A DNA stretch of 64,000 bases from Phoronis australis (taxonomy: Eukaryota; Animalia; Phoronida), in contig NMRA01000133.1 of assembly GCA_002633005.1 (NCBI GenBank), forward strand, positions 816,307-880,306, given 5' to 3'. Position numbers and translations under genes: made by a program. Shown in pieces: positions 1 to 11,525 of the stretch. The notes under the pieces were generated by a model, which saw only the letters and a list, made by a program, of their open reading frames with translations, was not told the DNA's origin and did not search any database. Position 1 is the first letter of the stretch, and every line of letters starts with the position of its first letter.

Positions 1-645
1 AACAAAAAAAAAAAAAAAAAAAAAAAACTTGCTGTCAGAGCAACATACTTGACGGAATTCGAAGAATTCCGCCAAGTGAAAATGTTGTGAAACAGCCAAC
101 CAGTTGAATGTATCGGTTGTTTCTGACTTGGACACCCATGCATTTTTAAATTGGGTTTACACATACCCACAGTTTTCTAAATATATCCCGGTCTGTAGAA
201 TGTCACCATTTTTGTGAATTTAACGGTGAAGGGTTTTTGAGAAAAGTCCGTTTTGTGTACTCAGGGAAAGTGGAGATTAATGGAAAGGCCCTCTTAGAAG
301 CTTTACTGTCTGGTTAATGTTTCATTAAACATTTCCATCATGATAACCAGTTAATAATCAATAATGTGAAGGTAATCAGTAACCATTAACCTGTGTGTGC
401 TCCCTTAATTTTATTGATAATTCGACATAAAAGTGGTTTCAATGAAATTGCTTCATTGAATTGGCGCCACGGATGTCTTTCTGGGCAAAATTGGAATCCA
501 AGAATCGGATCTTCTTGCGTTTTGTAAAAAGGAGGGAATGTAATTCGTCATAAACTGGGATTATGACGTGACGAAACATTCTGGTCTTCTGTAATTCAGT
601 GGTTATTTTTAAAAAAACAAACTTTACTTTTTCTCTCGTCAACAG

Positions 646-657
646 CTGTTAACTTTG
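646..657 (+). CDS. Possible 12-nt microexon (LLTL if phase 0) of the MGA-like gene
   Basis: Pyrimidine tract ttttacttttttctctcgtcaacag, then CTGTTAACTTTG, then donor GTAAGC. The phase is compatible with the phase-0 exon at 1026. Confidence 0.35.
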
Positions 658-871
658 GTAAGCCACAGGAATCAGATTTAACAGTCATTGGTGTGGAGAA
701 AGTATCACATTTACCACCAAAGACTCGGAAATATTTATAGTTGCACTTTTTACGAAGAAAATATTACAAAACTTTCAAATCGAAAAATGTGTTAATATCG
801 GTAACCGTGAATGTGAAAAATTCAGTAGAAGGTGGTCATCTTTGGCTCTTCTGTTTCTTTGATTATTAGCT

Positions 872-923
872 TTTGTTTGTGTGAGTGTGTTGTGCTTGTG
901 TGCGTGTGCGTGTGTGTGTGTGT
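872..923. repeat. Imperfect (TG)n microsatellite
   Basis: tgtgtg/tgcgtg run. Confidence 0.8.
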
Positions 924-1025
924 GAATGTAATAATTGTACTCTCCTTCATTTGCATATAATATTAGTGACAAAGCTTATTCTAATTAAAAAATGTAGGTA
1001 ATCAGTTGTAACACTTTTAATTAAG

Positions 1026-1115
1026 GATCAAGCCCATAGGCGGCGTGGCAGAGCTTGTGGAAAGTGTTATAACTGTGTGACGTCTGAAGACTGTGACCTC
1101 TGTAGATATTGCCTG
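1026..1115 (+). CDS. MGA: MGA-like gene exon: first half of zf-CXXC (DQAHRRRGRACGKCYNCVTSEDCDLCRYCL)
   Basis: ttaag acceptor, GTAAGT donor, 90 nt, phase 0/0; CGxCxxC-x5-CxxCxxC pattern. Confidence 0.85.
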
Positions 1116-1889
1116 GTAAGTAGGCTCTACGAAAATCCTTTATGAACTCTAGTTTATGTCTAGTACCTTATCAAGTAGAGCGGTTGTATTCAGTGTAGGA
1201 ATCGTGTAGTGAGGTGTTCTATTAATTCTCATATTTGATCTTTGTGATACTGCGGCTGCTTTAGTTGTGAAGAAAATCTGAAATTCTCAAAGTCAAATTT
1301 AAGAACAGAACTTTTTTATGAATTGTAGTAATTATGTCCTGTTTGAAGTTGACTGCTGTCAATGATAAAAGTTCACTTTCATTCTGTTGTATATTCTATC
1401 GTGAACAATCTTAGAAATGTTAATTTGGATGTTCGATAGTGACATATCTGGCACTTTTGGAGCCACAAATAGCAATAGAAAGGCACAGTCACAAGACATT
1501 TTAAAAAATTTTGCAAGTCTTGGATTTTTCCGATTCTGGTAACCATGGTGCAATTTAGTACTCAAAATGTTTGCTAAATTATATGTTTGGATTAATCAGT
1601 GTACTCCGACAACTGTTGCTCCAGTTGCATGTTACTGGGGAGTTAAGAAGGATTATGAGTAAACAGGTCAGTAGTCAAGTAATAATTTTCAAAGTGCTTA
1701 TTCACGGCACTATCTGAATCTGGTCAAATCATAATTATTTTTTAGTTTGACTCTTTAAATTTTTTTGACTAGGTCCAAAACATCAAAATGACATCATACT
1801 ATCAACCGAATAGATTAATTTGGTTTCAAGATATGCTTTTGCGCATCCTCTTTTTGTGTTATTCTAATATCAGCAACTTTTGTGTCAAG

Positions 1890-1973
1890 GATAAACCAAG
1901 AAATGGAGGTAAAAATATTCTCAAGCAAGGATGCATACGGAAGAAAAGATGTGTTTATCTCCAAAACCCAAGG
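1890..1973 (+). CDS. MGA: MGA-like gene exon: second half of zf-CXXC (DKPRNGGKNILKQGCIRKKRCVYLQNPR)
   Basis: tcaag acceptor, GTAAGG donor, 84 nt, phase 0/0; DKxxxGG...KQxC...RC completes the CXXC finger. Confidence 0.85.
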
Positions 1974-3034
1974 GTAAGGAACAGCTAATGACGATTTGAC
2001 TTAGTTCTTGTTTTGTAAAAAAACACATTGTTACAAATTGATATTATAAAATTCAGACTTAACAAAAGTAATCATTATGAATTGCTTTCCTGACTTGAGT
2101 AATTATTTCTAGACCTTGCTGTAAATATCACTCAATACATGATTTACTGAAACGGCAAACAGATTGGGTGACTGTCATGATAACTATATTGAATATTTCT
2201 TATCGTATTAACTCGATTTAATTGTATTCTTCTTATAGATGTTATCAACTTGCTTTTTATCATAATGACTGTCGGCAGGTTGTTTTTTATTCAACTTGCA
2301 TAACATTACAAGACTAGTCTTGAGCTGGTTGTTTCTCAAAGTAGAAGTTAAAGGTGTAAATTTCCGTCTTTGCCAGGATTCCAGTTTTTACAACATATTT
2401 TGAAATTTCATTTTTGTGCAAAGAATTTTCCAGCATGCATTTTTTTCTGAAATTATCTTTTTCATATTAATCTTGAAAAGCCTGAAAACCGAATATGACA
2501 AGACATCCTAAAGGGCTTGACATCTAATATAACGTCAATTATTATCTGTCAAATGCGACCTGACAAAAGTCCCAGTTCACCGAATGGCAGGTTGCCAAAC
2601 CTACATGGCAAGAGCTGAAAATGAAATAAACCTTGTAAAACAGGTTAATTTAGCAAATGTCACGTGTCTGCAGTGCGCCGAAGGTTGCCAAGATGGCGTT
2701 TTTGTTTGCTTTAACAAAAAATTGAGAATGTCTGGCATGTTCTGTGATGACCTATTTCCTCCTCTGGGTACCAATATGTTGCGTACCGGCTCATTTCTTT
2801 CTGAGACAGACGGACTTGACTTGAAGGGGCCTTTTTATTTTTGGCAAACAATCGTGGCTTCTACCTGAATACTTCCTGTCATGTTCTGATTGCGTGTTCG
2901 GATGTGGCAAGGTGACTTCATGGTGACCTGGAATTTTTACCCAAAAAGTTTTGAGATTGCTTTGATGTCTTGCAGGTTGCCAAATCCAACCCTGTATTGA
3001 TAGACTTGCATTGTAATCGGTGTGGTTATTGTAG

Positions 3035-3220
3035 GGTGCCAGTGGTGACGATGGCAGTGAATGTCCAGAACCAGCATCGGGTACCATCAGTGTGCCGGCA
3101 TCACAGATTAAGATTTTGACGTCGTTCTCTAAAAACGCGCCAACTGCCAAACGGCAGAGACCACCCAAAGTATATGATGAGATGTTGTTTTATAGTAAGA
3201 TGGAAGATCTTATGCCCAAG
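3035..3220 (+). CDS. MGA: MGA-like gene exon (GASGDDGSEC...EDLMPK)
   Basis: ttgtag acceptor, AAG|GTAAGT donor, 186 nt, phase 0/0, open frame (ORF 3092). Confidence 0.8.
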
Positions 3221-3431
3221 GTAAGTAGTGTCTTAGTGGTACACATCTTTCTGAACCCAAGTTTAGAATTAGGAGAAATTTAGACTTAAGGCATGCACAC
3301 ACAGAATGTGACAGTCACACAATAGTGGACATGCATTTTGAACACATGTTAATGAAGTTTAGTGGATTAAAACTTAAAATTATAATACTTTTTCAAAATT
3401 AGTTCTTCAGAACTAATTTGTGAAACCCTCG

Positions 3432-5343
3432 TTATGCGCCCTTATACTTATATGTGGGTGCATATTGGCGTCATCTCAGTTCTTTTTTAGTCCTCCCGAT
3501 TTTTCTTGGCAAAAGCTCCATATCGACTATTTCAAGGCTGGGTGCATGCATGTTTTGGGCCATAAAAATTTCCGCTTTTTTGTCATTGGTCATTCTAAGC
3601 CCTGAGTCAGAGGGCGCCGAGTTTCGGACCGACCCGAACCCGAATACCGCTGTGCTCCCTAGTGGCAATTTTAGTTTTTTCCATTTACCTCTGTGTTTTC
3701 AAAGGTCCTCAATGGATTTTCATGAAATTTGGCACATAGGCATCTACTAATGAGGTAACGCTATCCTTTCATTTTTGGATGGATTCGAGGTATTTTGCAC
3801 CACCTAGTGGTCATTTTTACTGTTTTATAGTCTGTTTTTGGTGTCTGTCCTTCCATCAACCAAACCGCTCAAAGGATGATAGCGAATATTGTCATGTATG
3901 TTTTTACAATGAAGTGGACGGCTGACGATGGTTTTCCGATGACTTCAACTACTGTGGCGCCTCCTAGTGGCAATTTTTTTTTGCCTATGGCTGTATCTCC
4001 TAAACCGTTCGCAGGATGTATTTATATTATATTTATAACACAAGACAACAACTTTCAGCAACTACTGTTGTGCCACCTAGTGGCAATTTAATTTTTTTTA
4101 TGTTTACCTCTGTGTCTTCAAAGGCCCTCAATGTGTTTTCATTAATGAGTTGATGCTATCTCTTCAGATGGATTCGACCTAGTTTGCGCCACCTAGTGGC
4201 CATTTTTACTGTTCTAACTCCAAAACTGTTTGACGCATGTTCATGAAATTTTGCACTTATGTTCCTTTCGTGGATGAGACAGCATGAGCGAACTGCTGGT
4301 CTGCCCCCTACTGGCAATTTTAGTTTTTTACGCTTACCTCTGTATCTTCAAAGGCCTTCAGCGTATTTTCATAAAATTTGGCATGTAGGCATCTATTTAA
4401 TGAGATGACGCTATCCACCTGTTTTTGGATAAATGATGTAATTTGCGCCACCTAGTGGCCATTTTTACTGTTTTTGAGTATGTTTTTTGGTGTCCACTCG
4501 TTTATCAACCAAAGCGCTTTCAGGATAATTGTGAAAATTGGCATGTATGTTTTAATTATGAAGTAGACGGCTGACAAGGATTTTCCGATGACTTCGACTG
4601 CTGTGACGCCTCCTGTTGGCATTTTTTTGCGCTCATGGCGGTATTTTCTAAACTGTTTGCAGGATCTTTACTTAATTACGCAAATGTATTTATATGATGT
4701 TGACAACGGTCAACTACGACAGATCTAACCACTGATGTGCCCACTGGTGGCAATTTTAGCTTTTTTACGTTTACCTCTGTATCTTCAAAGGTCCTCAACA
4801 GCTTTTCATAAAATTTTGAATATAGGCATCTATTGAAGGGACACTTTGCCCCTGTTTTTGGATGGAATCGAGATTATTTTGTGCACCTGGTGGCCATTTT
4901 TGCTCTTTTCAAACCCTGGTTTTGGCATCCACCCCTCTGTCAAGCAAATCCTTCTAGGGATGGTTTTGAAAACTGAAATGTTCTCATTGTGAAGAGGACG
5001 TTTGATGATGGCGAGTGACTACTGTGGCGCCTCCTAGTGGTAGTTTTGTTTTGTTTTACGCCCATAGCGGTGGTAAGATAACAACAGACGATGACGACTT
5101 TCAGGCGGATCCAACGGATTCTGTTCCCACTAGTGGCAATTTCATTTTATTCTGTTTTCCATTGTTTCTTTGAAGTTCCTTGTCAGATTTTTATGAAATA
5201 TGGCATGTTCTCGTTTTTTGGATGGATTGTACATTTTACGCTATCTAGTGTCCATTTTTATGATACAAATAAATAACCCTGAAAGCACACCATTTGCGAT
5301 GCATTTGTGGGCGCATTTCAACGCTCCGCGTTGCTCTTGTTTT
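3432..5343 (+). mobile_element. Non-autonomous Helentron-type (HINE/DINE-1-like) element with internal tandem array
   Basis: 5' subTIR tatgcgccc with nearby inverted copy gtgggtgcata; 3' subTIR gtgggcgcat (5307); hairpin caacgc-tcc-gcgttg; ends ctcttgttt. Internal diverged repeats; both ends are shared with 26369-26538. Confidence 0.75.
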
Positions 5344-8300
5344 ATTTTCGCGTGTGCAAGACTATTGTCTTTGGAGTCTGCAATATGAACAAAATGATGA
5401 ATAGATGAGTGTTCTTTCTGCAACTTCCAATTTGATTTGAGCTCCGATCCTCCACATATCTTAAAGACTGTCCGCCCATGAAATCATATTTCTAAATTTC
5501 GGTTGTCACATGATTTTTGTTTTCCTGTAATGTTGTCAGCTGGCGAGTGTCAACCAGTAATACTACCAACATGCAAATGAATGTAAATCTTTAAAGCTAT
5601 ACTCAACCTGAACTTTGTGGAAATTATCTTCAATTTGAACACGAAAAAAGAATCATATTTGAAATGTCAAATTTTCCAAAAAAATTCTGCATACTATATT
5701 TTAACCCATTTTGTGCTATGTTGTGTCACACAGGTAATTTTTTTATTATTTTCATCGTTGCGATGAATCTGTAAATGGGAATATTACCAATTTAGCTTGA
5801 TTAGCTTTTGTTCAAATTTGAAGAAATTTCACGAATATCTGATAATAGCCACTGAAATGTTGATGGTCACTGCTAATGCCTGTAAGTTACTGTTGGACCT
5901 TATCCAACTGTTGGACTATTTAGCCAAATATCTAATAAACAACAGATTTTGACTCAGAAAAATTATGTATTTTCTGAAACAAGAAAGCCTTTAGAATTTG
6001 ATTTTTGACTTTATGTCAGTCTGCTGTCAATTAGATCACATGACCATGCCATTCAGGAAATTTAGCAGAAGAGAAAAATGCATTGATAACACAATAACGG
6101 CATGAATAAGATGACCAAATATTGTTTGATATGAATACTCAAAAACGCTGATACAGTTTTCTATATTATCATTTTCATTGTATACCACTCTGATTTATTT
6201 GATTTTTTCCTTAAAATCACAAAAGTTTTATTTTTGGCAGCCCCTCATGCAAAAGTGGGAAATTTTAAAAGCAATTCTTAACAGCGTTTTGGAGAACAGT
6301 GCATATAGTATGGTGTCTGAAAGTTTCTTACGAATTCGATCAGCTATTTTTGAGATATGATGTTCTAAATTTTGCCAAATTTGACCGTTTTTCAAGTGTC
6401 TTAGATAACATTAATGGTCTGGAAAAGAAAGGAAAGGGTTTGATTTGTGTTTGGTTTTATGTTTTATTTTAACCCTGTAATTCATGTGAATAGATTTTAT
6501 GTCCCTGGTTGTATTATGCCAAGAACAGTAAAATGCATATTTCTTTATGTGCAACAATTGCCCAAAAATAGTTTTTGTGTTTTTTCAGGCAAAGAAAGTA
6601 AAGACTACGAAGAGCAAGGTATTCTGGATCTTCTTCATGCGCCAAAAATATGTTTCTTGTCTTCTTGTAAGATCAAAAATCAGACGACCGTCGCACAGCT
6701 ACTGACCATATTCTATGCAGGGCTCGACGCTATTCAAATCGCCAGATTGCATTTTGCGACCTAGCCAAAATCCCAGGTTGCATTTTCAAAATCCAGCTCG
6801 CATTCTTAAATGCCAGGTCGCAAAAATTTCCCGCCATTTTTACGCTCCAAAATCGATTTTTTAGATTACTGAGAAAATGTTTAGATTATGCTCTTACCTG
6901 CAGCGTTAAATACTGACAAATTTCAGATCGCAAAATTGAGTTCGTTCATGCAGGTACAGAATTACTGTTCCTCACGACGGCTATTGAAAGACCCTCAAGC
7001 GCAGGGCAAGTTGCCGACGTGAAAGTTGAATCGGTGCTCCCTAACTAACACGTGTATTCGAGTAGCTACGTTTGCGATGTGAAAAGGGAGAAAATGCCCG
7101 TTGAAAAAGTATCCGCGATTTTGCTAGGTCTGACCTGCTACTGGCTGTCATTAAAGTCGTTAAAGATCCAAACTAACTCGGAGTGCAAATTCCCTCCACT
7201 TTTTGTCCGCAACCCAAATTTTGCAACTTAACTCGACGTTTGAAAAACATTTGACAAAAAAAACGTGAAACGATGCCCTAACCGAATGATGTATTTGGAT
7301 GCGCAGGAACAATTCAGTGCAAATTTCATAACAAAAATGTGGTACTTATGCTGTACTCAACAATTTGTTTTCTATGAAATGAATGGCCTCGAAATAATTC
7401 CCAAGTGCGTGCGGGATTCCATCGCGTAATTCCAGTTTGCTCCTCCATACCTTCCAAGTATGGGGAAAATAGGTCAGTCACGAAACGACACGCATGCCAC
7501 TAGTGTTAAGTTTCTTTCGCAGGTATGAAACAAAGCCGGGATTTGATTTTTACATATTGAGAAAAGATGTTTTCGAAAACTGAATTTGTTTTATAAAATG
7601 AGAGTGACCCACTATATAGGCTGCGTGTCAATTTTAAATCACGCGCGGTCGTTTGTCGTGCGCTATGATGGGCGCTAGCCTGAACCGTGGGCACTTAATG
7701 GGAAGTTCTCAAAGGTTGAGGGGGAACGCTTAGTAAATCAGTGACCGCTTATTACAAAACACTTCAAAGGTAGGGAGTAGGCTTGTGTGTGAGCATTGTC
7801 GTTAACCTGAGTGTTTTGTGTTAATAAGATATTAAACGACTGCAATGGTAAGAAACGTTATAATATTACGATTTTGCGAGACAAACTCCATCGAGTATAG
7901 GGGTGACTTTCTGAATATCGTTACCATCTACATTATACCCTTTTTAGCCACCCGGAATAATTTTGTTTTTAATTGCTCGCTTCAGCCGAAACAAGAATGT
8001 TTCTAGTGGAGTCTGAACATTTTACGGCGACGGTGGTCCGGGGAGCGAAAACTTGCCAGAGAGAAGAGAAGAATAAATAATCGTTGACCACAATTTCACA
8101 TCAAGTACCCATTTAGTTGCAACAGCTGGTTATGGGCATAGAATATAGGGTTTAGGGAACATCGACCTCGGGAAACATTGTCACAGGAAATATCAGTTCT
8201 GAATTATATCGATCCCGGGGAATATCGTAAAGCATCGGGTCTTTTATAACCGTCGGGAATCTATGAGTTCATTCTCAAATAAACCACTGGCACGTACCCC

Positions 8301-8415
8301 GGTGCTTAACAGAGCCGAGCCGGTATACTCTTTCATTTAGGACTGTAGCTGTTTTCTTTTGATTTGCAGCTTTGAAGTCCCCCCACTTGAATCGCTGGAG
8401 CAGGCCTACACTTTA

Positions 8416-8666
8416 CATACGCGCACCCAGCCTAAAATATAGGGGGGCTCGAATTCTTCCATATGCGGACCTGTTACTGAAAAAAATCAACGAGGACCAA
8501 AAAACGGGGCCACTAGGTTCAGGCTTTCCAATCGTGCATCTGCGCCGAATTCCTGTCGACTTTGTGAATTTTTGTCTCGTTTACTCAAGGGACTTTTTGT
8601 TTCACTGAGGCAAACTTTTTTGCCCAATTCGCCAATTCGCCCTGATCCCCCCTGGATGCGCCCATT
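8416..8666. mobile_element. Older hAT-like MITE, nested
   Basis: Degenerate TIRs catacgcgcacccag / ctggatgcgcccatt; flanks cttta / attta (4/5 match). Confidence 0.5.
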
Positions 8667-8809
8667 ATTTACGCTGGCAGCAACGTGTGAAAGTCGAATC
8701 ATATTTCGCGAAAGTAGCCCCAGAAATAAGGGGTTAGATAATTTCTTGGTAACTAAAAGTAAAGACGTGGCCGTCGCTTGGCGATTAATAGGGTTGTCAT
8801 TTTCACTTT

Positions 8810-8958
8810 CAGTGGCGGATTTAGAGGGGGCCATGCCCCCCCTAAAACTCTCCCAGATTCCATTTGGCAGTTCGGAGGTGCGCCTTCTGACGGGCAAAAT
8901 CCTGGCTAATACTCTGCCCTGGCCTCCCCCCTAAATAAAAATCCTGGATCCGCCCCTG
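8810..8958. mobile_element. 149-bp hAT-like MITE with 5-bp TSD, nested
   Basis: TIR CAGTGGCGGAT/ATCCGCCCCTG; TSD ACTTT on both sides. Confidence 0.85.
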
Positions 8959-9451
8959 ACTTTGGCTGTCATAGGCAATAAAAAACGAGACGCACATCTC
9001 TAAGTCACGATTTTCTGCCGGGACCGCTTGCGCGCTAACAACGGGACCGAACAGTGCCGCAGTGCCGGCAATATCAGGGATGTTGTCGTGGATATTTGGT
9101 ACATGTAATAAGGGCATCTTACGCAAAAAATAAACATATTTGTCCACCACAAAGTTTGATAAGTTGATCGCTTAAGAATTAGTGGAAACACCGCCGTGTT
9201 GTGACATTTTATCACGTGTTATGCAGTGGCCCGAAACTTTCCGGCCCGAATCCGGAAACTTGCAAAAGTTGCCGAAAGTGTTAGCAAATGAAACGCGTCA
9301 AAGATCGATTCTGCATATCCCATGTTCACGCGACTTGCTGACATGTACAAGTCATCGGGAGGGCTGTTCTCGGTTGGCGTTCTTTTGAACTTGGATTTGG
9401 AAACAACCAAATAACGGTCGGATTAAAAAGGTTGCCTTCGTCTTTAACAGC

Positions 9452-9752
9452 AAAATTATTATGATCATTATGGGGACAAAATTATTATGACCATTATGAG
9501 GACTACATTTTATATCCATTATGCGGACAAAATCATTATTGTGATCATTATGCAGACAAAATTGTTATGACCATTATGCAGACAAAATTATATCGATGAT
9601 CATTATGCGGATAAAATTATGTTGATGATCATTATGCAGACAAAATTATGTTCATGACCATTATGCGGACAAAATTATGTTTATGACCATTATGCGGACA
9701 AAATTATGTTGATGATCATTATGTGGACAAGATTATGTTGATGATCATTATG
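9452..9752. repeat. Minisatellite of about 27-31 bp (cattatgcggacaaaattatgttgatgat), about 10 copies
   Basis: Directly visible tandem units inside the 6718-10061 element. Confidence 0.9.
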
Positions 9753-10135
9753 CCAGGCGTGCATTCAGTAGACGCTAGGATCTACGCTAGCACCTAGCTA
9801 AAACCTAGTCAAGGTCACGTGTTCTAATTTAAAATGCACGGCAATATCTCACGTAATCTCGCGAAGTCTTACTTTTTAGCGAGGTCCTAGTGTTACTGAA
9901 CGGGAGGCACATTTCTTCCGAGAAGTGTAAAAACTCAGCTCGCATACGTTGGAAATTCCAGGTCGCATTTAGCGACTTGATACTAGCTGACAAAAATCTC
10001 AGCTCGCATTTCCAAATTTCAGGTCGCAAATGCGACCTGCAGCTCGTTATGTCGAGCCCTGCTATGTATCTCACTTCACTCTATGGATGTTACCTTAGCT
10101 GTATGTTGGCGCTTGTTGTCCTAACTTGTTATAAA

Positions 10136-10180
10136 TATGATCCTGATGATGTCTACTGAAAAGACGAAACGTTGAATTGA
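10136..10180 (+). ncRNA. Minimal type-I hammerhead ribozyme-like motif (Penelope-type)
   Basis: CTGATGA-t-gtct-actgaaa-agac-GAAA-cgtt: both core boxes, a 4-bp stem II and a palindromic ACGT stem III. Stem I is weak. Confidence 0.55.
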
Positions 10181-10519
10181 ACATGAACTTTTTTATTTGT
10201 GCGTCCGATTTTTGATCTTGTGGCCAAAAACTGATTTGATTATTATTGTAAATTTTTGAAGTTAAGAAGCTCATTTTTTAAACACAATATTGCCTTCAGT
10301 TATCTGACCATTGCCTTTTTTGTACACAGTAGGACTGCCTTCTGTTATCAGACCTTTGCACTATATTGTAAACAGTAGAACTGGCTTCTATTATCTTCAT
10401 CTACATACACTTTGCCTTAGCACTATCCAACTGAATTCTATACTGGTTCATGAATTCATTCATAAAAGTTTCATCAGACCCATTAACGATGTAAAAACAA
10501 GCAATGCTTCTCTTTACAG

Positions 10520-10677
10520 AGTGCCAAACCAAGCAAAAAGACTCGACCTGAGACGTCATCTTGGAAGAAACCTCTAACACCTCCACTCAAGACCCCTTCA
10601 GCTCAGGGTCACCTCCCCATCAACTCCTTCCTCACTTATACCTGTGCAAGGATACGTCCATTTGACTGGTCAAACAG
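10520..10677 (+). CDS. MGA: MGA-like gene exon with the TCARIRPF motif
   Basis: ctctttacag acceptor, CAG|GTACTG donor (phase 2, matching exon 12160). TCARIRPF resembles the MGA conserved-region motif TCARVRVY (from memory). Confidence 0.8.
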
Positions 10678-11211
10678 GTACTGGTCTTTGTCATCACATG
10701 ATACATTGTTTTTGTTTAGAGTGCGAAGACTGTCCTGGAATGGAAAGTCTGTAGTAGTATCAAGAAATAACAAACCTATGGGTATCTCAATCCATGGTGA
10801 GTTGTTGTTCTTTTTTGGGTAAGCTGAGGAGAGTGTCTGAATGAATTGTGCCTGAGGTTTACATTATGTACTGTGAATTTCTAGTCTATAATTATTGTAA
10901 ATTGGCGTTTTTGCAGCATTAGTGCATTCACATTTGACTTCTGTATGCAAGGTCATACATTGGTCTTTTAATCAGTTAACGAATGCACTCTTATGTTTAT
11001 AGCACAAGAGTAAACAAGTAGGAGATTGTGGGTTGAATTCCCTGGCTTGATGAGATTTTGTTCTTCAGACCCTGGGGGGAGTTTCCTTGCTTGTTTTATT
11101 CTGACATTGGGACACTTTCAGCTATAAAAGTATTGCATGTGTTCTGGCTAATAGTTCATTCAGAATTTAAGGGAACTATTCAGTTACACTACCAAAGCAC
11201 ATCTTGAGATT

Positions 11212-11525
11212 GTTGTTTGATGGGATGGACTACTTGAAGGTATTATTATTGTTGGATGGGATGGACTACTTGAAGGTATTATTATTGTTGGATGGGATGG
11301 GCTACTTGAAGGTATTATTATTGTTGGATGGGATGGACTACTTGAAGGTATTGTTGGATGGGATGGACTACTTGAAGGTATTGTATTGTTGGATGGAATG
11401 GACTACTTGAAGGTATTATTATTTTTGGATGGGATGGACTACTTGAAGGTATTATTATTGTTGGATGGGATGGGCTACATGAAGGTATTATTATTGCTGG
11501 ATAGGGTAGACTACTCGAAGGTATT
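11212..11525. repeat. 36-bp minisatellite (ggatgggatggactacttgaaggtattattattgtt), about 9 copies
   Basis: Directly visible; explains the repetitive ORFs at 11204 and 11318. Confidence 0.95.

Larger units (their letters stand above)
6718..10061. mobile_element. Non-autonomous hAT-like DNA transposon (3.3 kb) with 5-bp TSD
   Basis: Perfect 11-bp TIR CAGGGCTCGAC/GTCGAGCCCTG; TSD CTATG at 6713-6717 and 10062-10066; subterminal cag(g/c)tcgca repeats at both ends; no transposase ORF. Confidence 0.85.

Noticed and set aside
1-1025. T-box domain of MGA
   Set aside because: No T-box-like coding sequence is visible. The gene's 5' part lies outside the window, so its presence or absence cannot be judged here.
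5591-6442. Kolobok- or piggyBac-like termini (ttaaag..., ttaaccc...gggtttga)
   Set aside because: Matching TIR pairs and TSDs could not be established.
8372-9410. Cluster of ORFs as transposase remnants
   Set aside because: No DDE, BED or hATC motifs; the ORFs cross MITE boundaries and reflect higher GC content.
10678-10719. 42-nt GT-AG mini-intron followed by a 77-nt constitutive exon
   Set aside because: Including 10720-10796 breaks the phase with exon 12160; the direct 10677/12160 join keeps the frame.
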